The notes below the pieces were generated by a model. The model saw only the letters and a list, made by a program, of their open reading frames with translations, had not been told where the DNA came from and did no database searches. Made by a program: the position numbers and the translations under genes. This document shows positions 1 to 12,233 of a DNA stretch of 64,000 nt, in pieces (the first letter of the stretch is position 1; each line of letters opens with the position of its first letter). Source of the stretch: Cyanophora paradoxa CCMP329 (taxonomy: Eukaryota; Plantae; Glaucophyta); assembly GCA_004431415.1 (NCBI GenBank), contig QPMI01000194.1:92517-156516 (forward strand), read 5' to 3'.

Positions 1-450
1 TCCGCCTCCAGCGCCTCCCTCCTCTTCTGATAGGCGCCCTCCTCCTCTCCTTTGTTCCTGGGGCGCCCTGGATAAGCATGCATATGCCTGCGCGCGCGCC
101 GCCCCGCCTTGTACCTCGCGAAGTTCTTTTTAAACATGGGGAGGCGGATCTGGATGTCCGGACTCGCAGCGTTTAGAATCGTCGAGAGCAGCATGCGGAG
201 GAACCGCGTGCGCCGCTGCCTGGACGTATCCGAGCATCCCTTCCCAGGGACCTGCCTAGCTATGCGCGAGATGGTCGCTGCACGCTGTGCCGAAGTCCGC
301 GGGACCTTGGCGCGCTTCGACTGGTGCTCCTCCCTAAGCTTCTTGTTCTCCGCCTCAAGCACTGCGATGCGCTCGTCGCGCGCTTTGAGCGTCGCCTTGC
401 GGACGATCCGCTCCTCAGGCGGCACATCTTCCTTGCCGCGAGCGCGTTTC
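1..450 (-). CDS. Possible coding fragment (K/R/E-rich), running off the window edge
   Basis: Minus-strand frame reads ...KEDVPPEERIVRKATLKARDERIAVLEAENKKLREEH...; no domain recognised. Confidence 0.25.
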
Positions 451-1387
451 GGGGCGGTGCCGGGGCCGGGGGCCGGCCGCGGCGCCGGGCTCGGCGCCTC
501 ATTAAGAACTGCATTCGTCTGCTCGCGGCCGGGCAGAGAGCATACACTCGTAAGCGCGGGCAAGTCAAGTCATGACATCGAATTTGAATGAGCGGCATAC
601 CACGTCGGCGCCGAACGCGCGACGACCGCGCTGCTGCTGCTGCTCTGGGCTAATCTGAGGCGATTGCGGGCTCGCTGGAGCCGATGGCGACCCGGGTGGC
701 GAAGCTGGAGGGCTCTGCAGGATGCACTGGAGGAACACAGCCACTGCGGTGGCCTCTTGAAGCGCCGCCGTGCAAGCTAAGCTATGCGGATACAATGGAG
801 ACGCAATGCCGCGCGCCTCCAGTTCCAGGTGGGCGTTTCGGCTGTGGGTGAGCACTGCGATGATCCGCATAAGCGCCTGGTACGCGACCGACGCGTCCGC
901 CATCTCTAAAACGACTGCTGCGGGCGCTGGAAACGTTTGGGGCGCGGGCTGGGCCGCGGGACGGGGCGCGATGGGTCGCTGCATCGCGCGGGCGGGTTCA
1001 AAACTCGGAAAAAAAGATCGCGTGTACCTCCCCTGCCATCTGCGGAAGCGGCAGCTCCGAGCGCCGCGAGCAAGCATACACATCCGCGACAGTTAGGCGC
1101 CGAAGAGCAGCAGGCGAGCCCAGCATGCGCGATAATGCGCAATTGCGATGCATAGCTACCTTAGGCGAAGCGGCTGGTCCACCCGCGCGGTCCTTGCCGG
1201 CCGCGATGCTCGCTCGTCGATATGGGTATGACGCGCTAAGCAAGGGGAGCATGCCCAGACTGGGTACGCAAACTGCTGAACGTCCAACTCCAGCTGAACG
1301 CCCTGCAGCTGGTGGGCCTGAAGCAGCCTCAAGCGTTAGCTATGTCGCATCGACAGTGTAGCTATGTTAGCTGTGGAGCGAAGCATA

Positions 1388-2118
1388 TGCCCGCTGACTA
1401 CGTGTCCGAGGAGGAGGACCAGGAGGAGACCATCAACGCGCCGTGCAATCGCCCAATGACTTCGTCTGTCATCGAGATCAACAGCAGCGACTCGGAGAGC
1501 GATGGACCAGCGGCAGCGCGCCGAGCGCAGGGCGCGCATGAAGGCGGACGAGGAGCGCGCGCTCGAGGAGGAGGATGAGATCAGGCGGCGCCACCAGGCA
1601 GCTTTGGAGGTCAACCTCGCAATAGAGCGCGACTCGGTGAGGCCATACAAGCTGGCCGAGCTCAAGCAGTTGCTGGAGTACGCGCGCGCGTGGATGCGCG
1701 AGCACGAGCAGCTGTACGAGCAGTTCGAGGTCGCGCTGGCGCACAACAACCTCCTCGAGGCCATTAACCTGCGGTCGGAGATCCGCAAGCACCGCAGCAC
1801 GGCGCGCTTCTGCGGGCAGGACCCCCTCGGGCTCTACGAGGAGGCGGCCTTCAAGCCTCTCTATGACAACGTGACGGCCTTGCAGCGGCGGGCGGGCAGA
1901 TGGAGCATTTCGGCGACAATCTCTTCAAGTGCGCGGAGCACTTCCAGCGGGTGCGCATCCGGCAGCAGCAGGCGGCGGCGGCGGCGGCGGCGGAGGCGGC
2001 GGAGGCGGCGGCGGAGGCGGACGGGGCTGCTGCTGCTGCTCGGTGCAAGCGCCGCCGCCTGCGTCGCGGCGACGGCGTGCTCGTCTCGCGGCCGGACGAT
2101 GCCGACGACGAAGCGTAG
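1388..2118 (+). CDS. Hypothetical acidic/helical protein, fragmented across frames (introns or pseudogene)
   Basis: Three consecutive protein-like segments with high GC3 (MPADYVSEEED..., MKADEERALEEED..., MEHFGDNLFKCAEH...). No recognised domain. Confidence 0.4.
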
Positions 2119-2126
2119 CGCCGTTA

Positions 2127-2395
2127 GCCGCCCCCGCCCCGCCGTTAGCCGCCCCCGCCCCGCCGGCCCCCGCCCCCGCCCCGCCGGCCCCCGCCCCGCC
2201 CCGCCGGCCCCCGCCCCCGCCCCGCCCCGCCCCCGCCCCGCCCCGCCCCGCCCCGCCCCCGCCCCGCCCCCGCCCCGCCCCGCCCCGCCCCGCCCCCGCC
2301 CCGCCGCCCCGCCCCGCCCCGCCCGCCCCCGCCCCGCCCCGCCCCGCCCCGCCGGCCCCCGCCCCCGCCCCGCCGGCCCCCGCCCCCGCCCCGCC
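2127..2395. repeat. (CCCCG)n-like pure G/C low-complexity tract; G-quadruplex-prone on the minus strand
   Basis: Nearly pure C/G run, flanked by a duplicated ggcgacggcgt.ctcgtctcgcggccggacgatg (~2067 and ~2411). Confidence 0.9.
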
Positions 2396-3939
2396 GGTCG
2401 CCGCCCTGCCGGCGACGGCGTCCTCGTCTCGCGGCCGGACGATGTCTGCAGCTAGAGTCACCAGCTGCAGTCTGCACCTGGCTTGAATACGACAGATTTA
2501 CTAGTTATTCTGCTATCGTGCGCGCACCGTGGCACCGTGGCACCGTGGCACTCAGTGACTACCGAGAGTGGCGGGCGGGCTGGCGGGGCGGGCTGACAGG
2601 GCGGGCGCCTGGCGGGACAGTCGGGGGCCTCCGGGACACTCTGGCAGTCCGGGGCCTCGGGAGCCTATTTTCGCGCCATACAAGGCCTCCCCCGACCCTG
2701 CAGCTGCATAGGAGGCCTTATATAGTGCTTTAAAAAGGTTCTCTAAGCTTTTTTCGATGTCTCCCAGCTCCTGGGGCGATGGGCCCAATTTGGAAGGGCC
2801 AAAAGTCAGCAGAAGACTAGCTGTAACGTAGTGTATAGGCGTATGATGAGTCATATGGTATGACGGGTTAAATGGGCCCATCGCGGGGGCTTTGTGCAGG
2901 GCACTAAATAACGCCGTGTGACGCCTCTACATCTTGAATAAAAAGTTCTAATCAAGATACGAGGCTGCCGTGCTTCAATCGCAAGCCTCGGAGTGCAGAT
3001 TCCCTGGCAGATCAAAAATTGCGAACGCGATACCGGGGGTCGCCGCGCGCTCGCAGCCTTGCGAAACCTTGAGAGCGGATAAGATTGCCGCCGACAGCGA
3101 GCCCAGCTCCCCGCTCGCAGTGCAGCCGCGCGCTTAAGGCGCCGGCCAGCCACTTGGCCCCGGCTGCAGCTGCTCCGGCACGGGCGGCCTCAGCCAGCCG
3201 GCACCATGCTATCGCAGCTTCAGCCATGAGCCTCGGAGAGGGCGGAAGTCTCCGAGGCTCGGTCCGCGATCCAGGGCAGGCGTGCGTATGTTCCAAGTTC
3301 GCGGGCGAGGGCGTGCGCCTCGCCGAATCGTTGTCGCGGCGTGCGCCTCGCCAGGTGTACTACAGTGCCACAGTGCCACGTTGTCGAAAGCGCGAGCCGC
3401 TCAGTCAGCCGAGTTTCCTCCGCTGGCCAACCGGGTACGCATACGCCCGGCCCGGCCCGGCATGCCACGAGAGCGCCCGCGGCGCTTCACGCGGTCTTCC
3501 TTCATCTCCGTGACCCGCTTCTGCGAGACGAGGTCGGTGGGGCAGCGGCTGCTTGCCGCAGTGCATGGATTGCCAGCCCCAGGTGCGAGGCCTTGACTCA
3601 TCCCGAGCTTCCCGAGCAGATTACCAGGCGCGCCGGCGTAGCTCAGCGCCGATTGGGTCTGGCACGGTCCGCCTTTGCGGCCGACCCCGGTTCCGTGCCC
3701 AAGCCGTTCCGACCTTCCCGAGCAGATTACCAGGCGCGCCGGGCGCACCTAGCTCAGCGTCGCCGAGCTTATAGGCTAGGCTTGCTCGGAGGCTCCGGAT
3801 GCACGCACAGTTAGCCAACCCAGCCGCGCCCCGCGTCCCCGCCCGGCTGTCGTGTGGGCGACGCATGCGCAAAAGGAACACAAATTTTTCTCATCCGATG
3901 AGAGCTCTAGCTATGCAGGACGAAGCGAGCGGGCCGGGG

Positions 3940-5692
3940 CTAGCGCCCGATGGCGGGCGCCTCGAAAGGCGACGTCTCCGGCGGCACAGCAGCGTGTAGC
4001 TGCTGGACCGCGGCGACCCACCCTGCGACCCTAGGCCCCCGGGGTTCCCGCATGAGCACGTCCCTCATGTAGAGATACTCGATAACGGCCTCCAGCTCCT
4101 CCACCTCCTTTATGTACATGCGCTCCTCCTTCCGCCACACCTTCGCCTCACGCTCCAACTCCAAGTCCCAATTCCTCTTCATCCTTGAGACCTGCGCCGC
4201 GCCGCGTTACGCGCCAGCGGGCGCACGCACGCGTGTGGGCAATCGCGGACCTTGTTTTCCAAGTCATCCACCTTCGTCTGCAGCGCAGCGTTCTGGTTCT
4301 GCAGCTCCTCGCACTCCTCTTCGAGGTTTTTGACCCGAGTCGCTCTCTGCGGGCGCCGGAGGGACCGCCGTCAGCAGCGCATTGCGGGCGCCGGCGGCGC
4401 GGGCGGCGCGGCGGCCGGCGGGCTCACCAGACTGGCGTTGAGCTGCATCATCTCCTTCTCCAGCTGAGCGATCTTCTCCTCCCGTTGAGCGATCTGCCGC
4501 TGCTTCTCCCTGTTGGCCCACCGCAGATCAGGGAGCTCCCGCTCCAGGGAGCTGCACTTCTGTTGGAGCTCCTCACGCTGCGCCGGTGCACGGAGGAACA
4601 CGTCGACTTTCGCCTTCAGTTGATTGGCGAGCTCCGCGCCAGTTAGACCCTTGTCTAGGACATCCTGCGGCCCGAATCAGCGAGGCAAGCTGCGGGCGAA
4701 GCGCACGGCGGCGTGAAACGGCGCGCGCACACGCTGCTGAAGGTACTCGATCGCTTCAAGGAGCTTGGACGCCATGCGAACCGCATCGGAAACCCGCTTG
4801 CAGCCGGTGAGCCTCCGATAGAGTGCGGCGTCCTCCTCCTCGATGCGAAAGCGGTGCCGCCCGGGCTTGTCCCAGGGGGTGAATCGATCTTCCTCCTCGC
4901 CCGTCATCTCGACATCGCACTTGCGCCGCTTGCACTGCTGCTTGGTGGACGTGGCGGGCTTCTTCGGGCTGGCTTCTTCGCGGCTGAGCTGGCAGGCGAC
5001 GGCGCGACAGAGGGATCGTCCATATACCGCTCCATGGCAACGAAGGGATCCTCATATTGCTCGCTCGGTGCCGCCGCGGGCGAAGGCTGGGAGGTCGCCG
5101 CCGCTGCCCGCTTGCGACTCACGCGCTTAGGCATGTCCACGGGGGTCGCTGGCGAGGCCGCTGCCGCCGGCGGCTGCGTGCGTGGAGGCGTGGCCGGCTG
5201 ATCATGCGAAGGCTGCGATTGCGAGGGCGCAGCTACTACCCGCTTGCGACGCGGGCGATCAGGCGTGTACACGGGGTCGCTGATGAGGCAGCTGCGACAG
5301 GCGGCGTACACGGCTGTACAGGCGTACCCCCCCCAAAGGCGTCCCTGGCGTCTCACAGCAGCCGCTGCCGGGCTCTGCTCGAGCTCTGAGCGTACTGGCG
5401 AGACTTGTGGGGAGTCGCTCCCGCCCGCCGGCTCCGCCGCGGGAGGCGCCAGCGCGACCGCGGCCGTCGCATGCGCAGCTGGCGCTGCATGCGCAGGCTG
5501 AACGACTTGCTCGCTCAAAGCTGCGTCGCCAAAGTCGTCTGGATTCACGTCCTCGCCGAGGTCGTCCTGGCTGCCGCAGGTGCTGCCGCCAATCTGGCCG
5601 TGCCGCGGCCTGCCATCGCTGGCGCCGCCCAGCCACGCTCTAATGGAACCGAACGCTGAGCCGACCTTGGCAGACAGCACAGAGAGCGGCAT
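3940..5692 (-). CDS. Hypothetical low-complexity/coiled-coil gene or pseudogene, structure unresolved
   Basis: Collinear minus-strand ORFs 5692-4904, 4907-4677, 4601-4371 and 4182-3940 with E/K/R-rich helical segments. Confidence 0.35.
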
Positions 5693-6786
5693 CTCGATCG
5701 CCGAACGCTAAGCTATAAGCGCTTTTGCTTTTCCCGCGCAAGTCCGTGGCTGGCCGCAATCTAGCTGCAGCTGGCCGTGGCTTGGAAGGGGGGGAGATGG
5801 CTTGGGGGGATATAGAATTTGGTCTAGCCAGCTCGAACTCGAACTCAGCCGGCTGATAGCCGCCGTGACACGGCCGTGTTCAAAATTCAAATTCCATCCA
5901 TTGTTAAAGCTCGCGAACTAGCGGGATGTCCAAAAGGTCGCGCCGTTTTCGGCCCGTCGAGGTCCGTCCGGGGCCGTCTGCGACATGCGAAACAGCTCCT
6001 TACGGGGTCTCGGGTTCGAATCCAACACCCCAAAATTTAGGGGGGGAATGAACCACCACCACAGACGTGACTCAGTGAATATAGAAGACTTGGGTCCTTA
6101 GTTGCAAGCAACTAAGGTACCCAAGTCTGATAACTATTCCTGCCCCCGGGGGGCAGTACAGACTTGGGTTTCAGAGAGCACGGTTAAGTGAGTGCGCACT
6201 GTGCACATTAGCTCTGTTTGCAAGCTTTTCGGAACGGCTTGATCGAGCCGATTCTGGGGTACGCGTTTGTCGGTGACGGCTACGGCCAGCTCCAAGAATG
6301 GCTAGCACCTCAACGCTTTGCTGCTGAGCGTGCCATCGTGCCCGCTTCGATGCACCCTGTAACTGGCTTGAAAACCGGAACAGCGCGCGCGCTCCCTGAG
6401 GAGCAGGAGACGATTGCATGTTTGTATGGGAACTTTGCGATCTTTGCAACCAGGCTACCTGCCGTCACGCTCGCTTCTAAAATGGATGCGCGTAGCTGCA
6501 TAACGGACTTTCTTCTCAGGAAGCAAGCCCGCGCGGTCGCTGGATTGCCGGAAAAACACGATTGCATGTTTGTATGGGAGCTTCAAAGGCTTCTCGATCT
6601 CGGCAACCAGGCAACCTGTCGTCGCGTTTGCAAGCCCACCGGATGCGCGCGGCTTTGGATCTCACTTTTGTTCATGGAAGCAAGAGAGCGCGGTTGCTGG
6701 ATTGCTCAGGAAACAGGTTTGACAGTTTGGGTAACGGGTTCGGGGTAACTTAGGGGGGGAATGAACCACCACCATAGACGTGAATA

Positions 6787-7486
6787 TCGGCCTTGGGGAA
6801 AGGAGAGGCCCTTAGGTCTGTGCCTATCTTGTGGCAAACTTCAACTTGATTTTATAGACAAACTTTTTGACCTAGGTACCCATTTTCGACCCTAGGGAGC
6901 ACGATGGCGGCGCTACTTTTCAAATGTGACACCTCTAACAAGCACTAACAGCACGTACGAACGAAATTGTTCGCGTTAAGCCCGATCGCCATTGGCACAA
7001 AAAGTCAATTCACCCATTCACGGACAAGCACGATTGTCATTGGTTCCAGCTTGCTTCCCCTTCGCCGATGGAAATTGCAAAGAGCCTCTGTACCCGGCTG
7101 GAAGGCTGGAGTCACTAGGCGCTTCGCCGGCAGAATCGCCGCGCGTCGCTTTGCAAATAAACGATCGCGATCAACGATCGATCAAGCGCTAGCGCTATCG
7201 CTCCGGCGCCGACGTGATCGTGATCGATCGCCGCGACCGTCGGAAGCCGGCGCGCGCCGGCCGCGCCAGGCCTAGGCGCGCCGCCGGCGCCAGCAGGCGC
7301 CGCTACTACATAGCTATCGCTGGCGCTAGCTAGACCAAGCTAGAAGATTCTAGCTATAGGCGGCATAGTCCTCTCAACAGTAACCGCGCGCGGTTGCGGG
7401 ACCTCGTTTTAAAACAAAGAGCGGCCACCCTCACGTCTTGAAACCCCAAGACCCAAGGCCACTCCTGCTCCGCAGGGACTCGCTTG
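6787..7486 (+). mobile_element. Non-autonomous Helitron-like insertion, 700 bp (copy 1)
   Basis: Splits gtgaata^tagaagact (empty site seen at ~6076) with no target-site duplication. 5'-TC start, GGCCTTGGG/CCCAAGGCC asymmetric inverted repeat (6789-6797/7452-7460), hairpin CCTGC-TCC-GCAGG 10 nt before a CTTG end. Confidence 0.7.
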
Positions 7487-8248
7487 TAGAAGACTTGGGT
7501 CCTTAGTAAACTAAGGAACCCAAGTCTGATATAGAAGACTTGGGTCCTTAGTTGCAAGCAACTAAGGTACCCAAGTCGACGTCTGATAACTATTCCTGCC
7601 CCCGGGGGGCAGTACAGACTTGGGTTTCAGAGAGCACGGTTAAGTGAGTGCGCACTGTGCACATTAGCTCTGCAGCTGTTTGCAAGCTTTTCGGAACGGC
7701 TTGATCGAGCCGATTCTGGGGTACGCGTTTCTCGGTGACGGCTACGGCCAGCTCCAAGAATGGCTAGCACCTCAACGCTTTGCTGCTGAGCGTGCCATCG
7801 TGCCCGCTTCGATGCACCCTGTAACTGGCTTGAAAACCGGAACAGCGCGCGCGCTCCCTGAGGAGCAGGAGACGATTGCATGTTTGTATGGGAACTTTGC
7901 GATCTTTGCAACCAGGCTACCTGCCGTCACGCTCGCTTCTAAAATGGATGCGCGTAGCTGCATAACGGACTTTCTTCTCAGGAAGCAAGCCCGCGCGGTC
8001 GCTGGATTGCCGGAAAAACACGATTGCATGTTTGTATGGGAGCTTCAAAGGCTTCTCGATCTCGGCAACCAGGCAACCTGTCGTCGCGTTTGCAAGCCCA
8101 CCGGATGCGCGCGGCTTTGGATCTCACTTTTGTTCATGGAAGCAAGAGAGCGCGGTTGCTGGATTGCTCAGGAAACAGGTTTGACAGTTTGGGTAACGGG
8201 TTCGGGGTAACTTAGGGGGGGAATGAACCACCACCATAGACGTGAATA

Positions 8249-8947
8249 TCGGCCTTGGGAAAGGAGAGGCCCTTAGGTCTGTGCCTATCTTGTGGCAAAC
8301 TTCAACTTGATTTTATAGACAAACTTTTTGACCTAGGTACCCATTTTCGACCCTAGGGAGCACGATGGCGGCGCTACTTTTCAAATGTGACACCTCTAAC
8401 AAGCACTAACAGCACGTACGAACGAAATTGTTCGCGTTAAGCCCGATCGCCATTGGCACAAAAAGTCAATTCACCCATTCACGGACAAGCACGATTGTCA
8501 TTGGTTCCAGCTTGCTTCCCCTTCGCCGATGGAAATTGCAAAGAGCCTCTGTACCCGGCTGGAAGGCTGGAGTCACTAGGCGCTTCGCCGGCAGAATCGC
8601 CGCGCGTCGCTTTGCAAATAAACGATCGCGATCAACGATCGATCAAGCGCTAGCGCTATCGCTCCGGCGCCGACGTGATCGTGATCGATCGCCGCGACCG
8701 TCGGAAGCCGGCGCGCGCCGGCCGCGCCAGGCCTAGGCGCGCCGCCGGCGCCAGCAGGCGCCGCTACTACATAGCTATCGCTGGCGCTAGCTAGACCAAG
8801 CTAGAAGATTCTAGCTATAGGCGGCATAGTCCTCTCAACAGTAACCGCGCGCGGTTGCGGGACCTCGTTTTAAAACAAAGAGCGGCCACCCTCACGTCTT
8901 GAAACCCCAAGACCCAAGGCCACTCCTGCTCCGCAGGGACTCGCTTG
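8249..8947 (+). mobile_element. Non-autonomous Helitron-like insertion (copy 2, duplicated with the tandem unit)
   Basis: Near-identical to 6787-7486 and at the same site in the unit. Confidence 0.7.
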
Positions 8948-10454
8948 TAGAAGACTTGGGTCCTTAGTAAACTAAGGAACCCAAGTCTGATATAGAAGAC
9001 TTGGGTCCTTAGTTGCAAGCAACTAAGGTACCCAAGTCGACGTCTGATAACTATTCCTGCCCCCGGGGGGCAGTACAGACTTGGGTTTCAGAGAGCACGG
9101 TTAAGTGAGTGCGCACTGTGCACATTAGCTCTGCAGCTGTTTGCAAGCTTTTCGGAACGGCTTGATCGAGCCGATTCTGGGGTACGCGTTTCTCGGTGAC
9201 GGCTACGGCCAGCTCCAAGAATGGCTAGCACCTCAACGCTTTGCTGCTGAGCATGCCATCGTGCCCGCTTCGATGCACCCTGTAACTGGCTTGAAAACCG
9301 GAACAGCGCGCGCGCTCCCTGAGGAGCAGGAGACGATTGCATGTTTGTATGGGAACTTTGCGATCTTGGCAACCAGGCTACCTGCCGTCACGCTCGCTTC
9401 TAAAATGGATGCGCGTAGCTGCATAACGGACTTTCTTCTCAGCAAGCAAGCCCGCGCGGTCGCTGGATTGCCGGGAAAACACGATTGCATGTTTGTATGG
9501 GAGCTTCAAAGGCTTCTCGATCTCGGCAACCAGGCAACCTGTCGTCGCGTTTGCAAGCCCACCGGATGCGCGCGGCTTTGGATCTCACTTTTGTTCATGG
9601 AAGCAAGAGAGCGCGGTTGCTGGATTGCTCAGGAAACAGGTTTGACAGTTTGGGTAACGGGTTCGAATCCAACACCCCGAAACTTAGGGGGGGAATGAAC
9701 CACCACCATAGATAACTATTCCTGCCCCCAGGGGGCAGTACAGACTTGGGTTTCAGAGAGCACGGTTGCGTGAGTGCGCACTGTGCGCCTATCTCTGTAC
9801 ATGTTTGCAAGCTTTTCGGAACAGCTTTATCGAGCCGACTTTGGGGTACATGTTTCCTGGTGACGGCTACGGCCAGCTCCAAGAATGGCTCGCACCTTAA
9901 CGCCATGCTGCTGAGCATGCCATCTTGCCCGCTTCGATGCACCCTGCAACTGGTTTGAAAACCGGAACCGCGCGCGCGCTCCCTGAGGAGCAGGAGACGA
10001 TTGCATGTTTGTATGGGAACCTTGCGATCTTGGCAACCAGGCTACCTGCCGTCGCGCTAGCTTCTAAAACGGATGCGCTTTGCTGCATAGCGGACTTTCT
10101 TCTCAGGAATTCGAAGCAAGCCAGCGCGGTCGCCGGATTGCCCGGAAAACACGATTGTGCGTTTGTATGGGAGCTTTGAAGGCTTCTAGATCTCGATATC
10201 GATCGATATCTCGGCAACCAAGCTATCTGCCGTCGCGTTTGGAAGCTCAACGGACGCGCGCAGCTTTGGAGCTCACTTTTGTCGATGGAAGCAAGAGAGC
10301 GCGGTTGCTGGATTGCTCAGGAAACAGGTTTGACAGGTTGGGTCACGGGTTCGAATCCAATACCCTGGAACTTAGGGGGGGAATGAACCACCACCAAACT
10401 TGTGAACATAGAAGACTTGGGTCCTTTTTTAGTAAACTAAGGAACCCAAGTCTG

Positions 10455-11241
10455 GGCCGTTTCCCGCAGTCGCCGATTTGTATGCATATGGGAGCGGGCT
10501 TATGTAAGGCTTACGTAGCTAAAACGTTGGCTGGATTAACTCCCGCGGATGTAAGCTACGAGCTTAGGAGGGCCTTTCCTTCTAGTGAGGCAGCCAATGA
10601 GCTGCCAGTGTCGGTGCGTGCCGCTTCACTACGATATAGGGCTGGGTTCAGTGGAGCCCCCGGGTCCACTCAGTCAGTGGACATTTTGCGTCGAACTCAC
10701 TCATGATCAGTGACTACCAGTGAGTGGGGGGTACGTGCTCTTTTACACGAAAAAGGACCAAAAACGACCTAAATCTCGCTGAGCTTCAAGGCACTACGTG
10801 CCTAAACTGTTTCCACCGTAATTCCACGGGCTTTCGATATGTTTAGAGGTCATTTGCAACGCAGGCCATTGTCATAATTGCAGTGCTTCTCGACGTTGCA
10901 CACCCTTCGCGCCGCGGCCTGCGCGCGGCACTCCGACGTTAAGTACCCACACCGACGTTAAATAGCTAGGTGGCGGATGGGTCCTAATTTTTTGGCGCCG
11001 GATACCCCCCCACGCAGCGCTGGCTGAGGTCCGGCTCACTGGCCTCAAACATTTTTCTTTGTGCGAGTGGGCCAAAATCTCCACCCTCGACCCTCCACTG
11101 GTTTCACTGGACCCAGCCCTACTACGATATCGGACCGGAGTGAGCGGCACCCACATGTACACGACACATCATACTTTGGCCATCATAGTTTTTTCCACCA
11201 GCTAATTTTCACTACGTAGCTGGCGACTGCGGGAAACGGCC
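10455..11241. mobile_element. 787-bp non-autonomous TIR element (MITE), PIF/Harbinger-like
   Basis: Perfect 20-bp terminal inverted repeats GGCCGTTTCCCGCAGTCGCC (10455-10474 / 11222-11241). 3-bp CTG duplication on both sides (CWG type). No transposase ORF. Confidence 0.85.
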
Positions 11242-11473
11242 CTGACGTGAACATAGAAGACTTGGGTCCTTAGTAAACTAAGGAACCCAAGTCTGACTTG
11301 CCCTCTCTCTCTCTCCAGCGTTCCAGCCAGGCTGAGCCAGCGCGTTCCACGCAACACAAAGCCGCTTCTCGCTGATCAGAGGTTCGTCCATCCTGCTGCC
11401 CTCCGTGGCGCTGGTCGTCATAAACTCTCATGCAGTCCGGGGCCGTCGGAGCGCGCGTTCCGAGGCAGTCACG

Positions 11474-12233
11474 ATGGCAGCCACCGATATGCTCTCAAAA
11501 GCAGCCGCCGCTGAGCTTTTGAACAGCGTTCCGGTGCGTATGACGCCGAGGGTCGGGGTTGCTTTGTCGCTCAAGACCGAATTCTCGGCGCAGGAAGGGC
11601 AGAGGCCAGTTCTCCTGCAACTCATCGACGTGCGTAGTTTCTGCCCGAGCGCTCGTTCCTTGAGTCGTGCGCTCACGCGCGCCCGGCTCCGCGTTCATTC
11701 GATAGCGTTTGGAGCGGCGGGCGCACGACGCCGAGGTGCGCAGTCTTCCCTTCCTGCGCTTCCTCGAATGACGCGTCCGTGCATGGACAGGCGGAGAAGG
11801 CGGAGGAAAAGAAGCGCCTGGAGGTGCGCTTCTTCCATCTTAAGCTTCGCTTCCTCGAATGACGCGTCCGTGCATGGACAGGCGGAGAAGGCGGAGGAAA
11901 AGAAGCGCGCGGACGCAGCTGAGGTGCGCTTCTCCCATCTTAAGCTTCGCTTCCTCGAATGACGCGTCCATGCATGGACAGGCGGGGAAGGCGGAGGAAA
12001 AGAAGCGCGCGGACGCAGCTGAGGTGCGCTTCTTCCATCTTAAGCTTCGCTTCCTCGAATGACGCGTCCGTGCATGGACAGGCGGAGAAGGCGGAGGAAA
12101 AGAAGCGCGCGGACGCAGCTGAGGTGCGCGCTTGAATCCGGCTGCATCTCTTGCGCTTGTCATAACGTTCACGCAGGCTAGCTTGCTCTACAAGCTTGCA
12201 AAGCGATTTTTCGCGTATAACCCGCTCATGTAG
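11474..12233 (+). CDS. Hypothetical multi-micro-exon coiled-coil protein (3' end uncertain)
   Basis: Splicing out GTGCG...AG phase-0 introns gives MAATDMLSKAAAAELLNSVP-EGQRPVLLQLID-RLERRAHDAE-AEKAEEKKRLE-(AEKAEEKKRADAAE-like)x3-ASLLYKLAKRFFAYNPLM. Confidence 0.55.
11760..12130 (+). repeat. 100-bp exon+intron tandem repeat (~4 copies)
   Basis: ttcctcgaatgacgcgtcc occurs at 11760, 11851, 11951 and 12051. Confidence 0.92.

Larger units (their letters stand above)
6010..10453. repeat. Composite tandem array: ~650-bp core x4, with a ~1461-bp higher-order period
   Basis: Cores (gataactattcctgcccc...ggggggaatgaaccaccacca) at ~6130, 7585, 9046 and 9711; the last is diverged. Duplicated ORFs at 6218/7680/9141. 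Confidence 0.93.

Noticed and set aside
1925-2486. Gly/Pro/Arg-rich ORFs over the G/C tract
   Set aside because: Artefacts of stop-free low-complexity DNA.
9620-9680. tRNA gene around GGTTCGAATCC
   Set aside because: No acceptor or anticodon stems could be formed.
6218-10706. 176-208 aa ORFs in the 1.46-kb array
   Set aside because: Near-cognate starts, no recognisable domain, and frames broken in the diverged copy.
6087-11293. Palindromic repeats as a CRISPR array
   Set aside because: Spacing is irregular, the intervening sequences are long and themselves repeated, there are no cas genes, and the context is eukaryotic.
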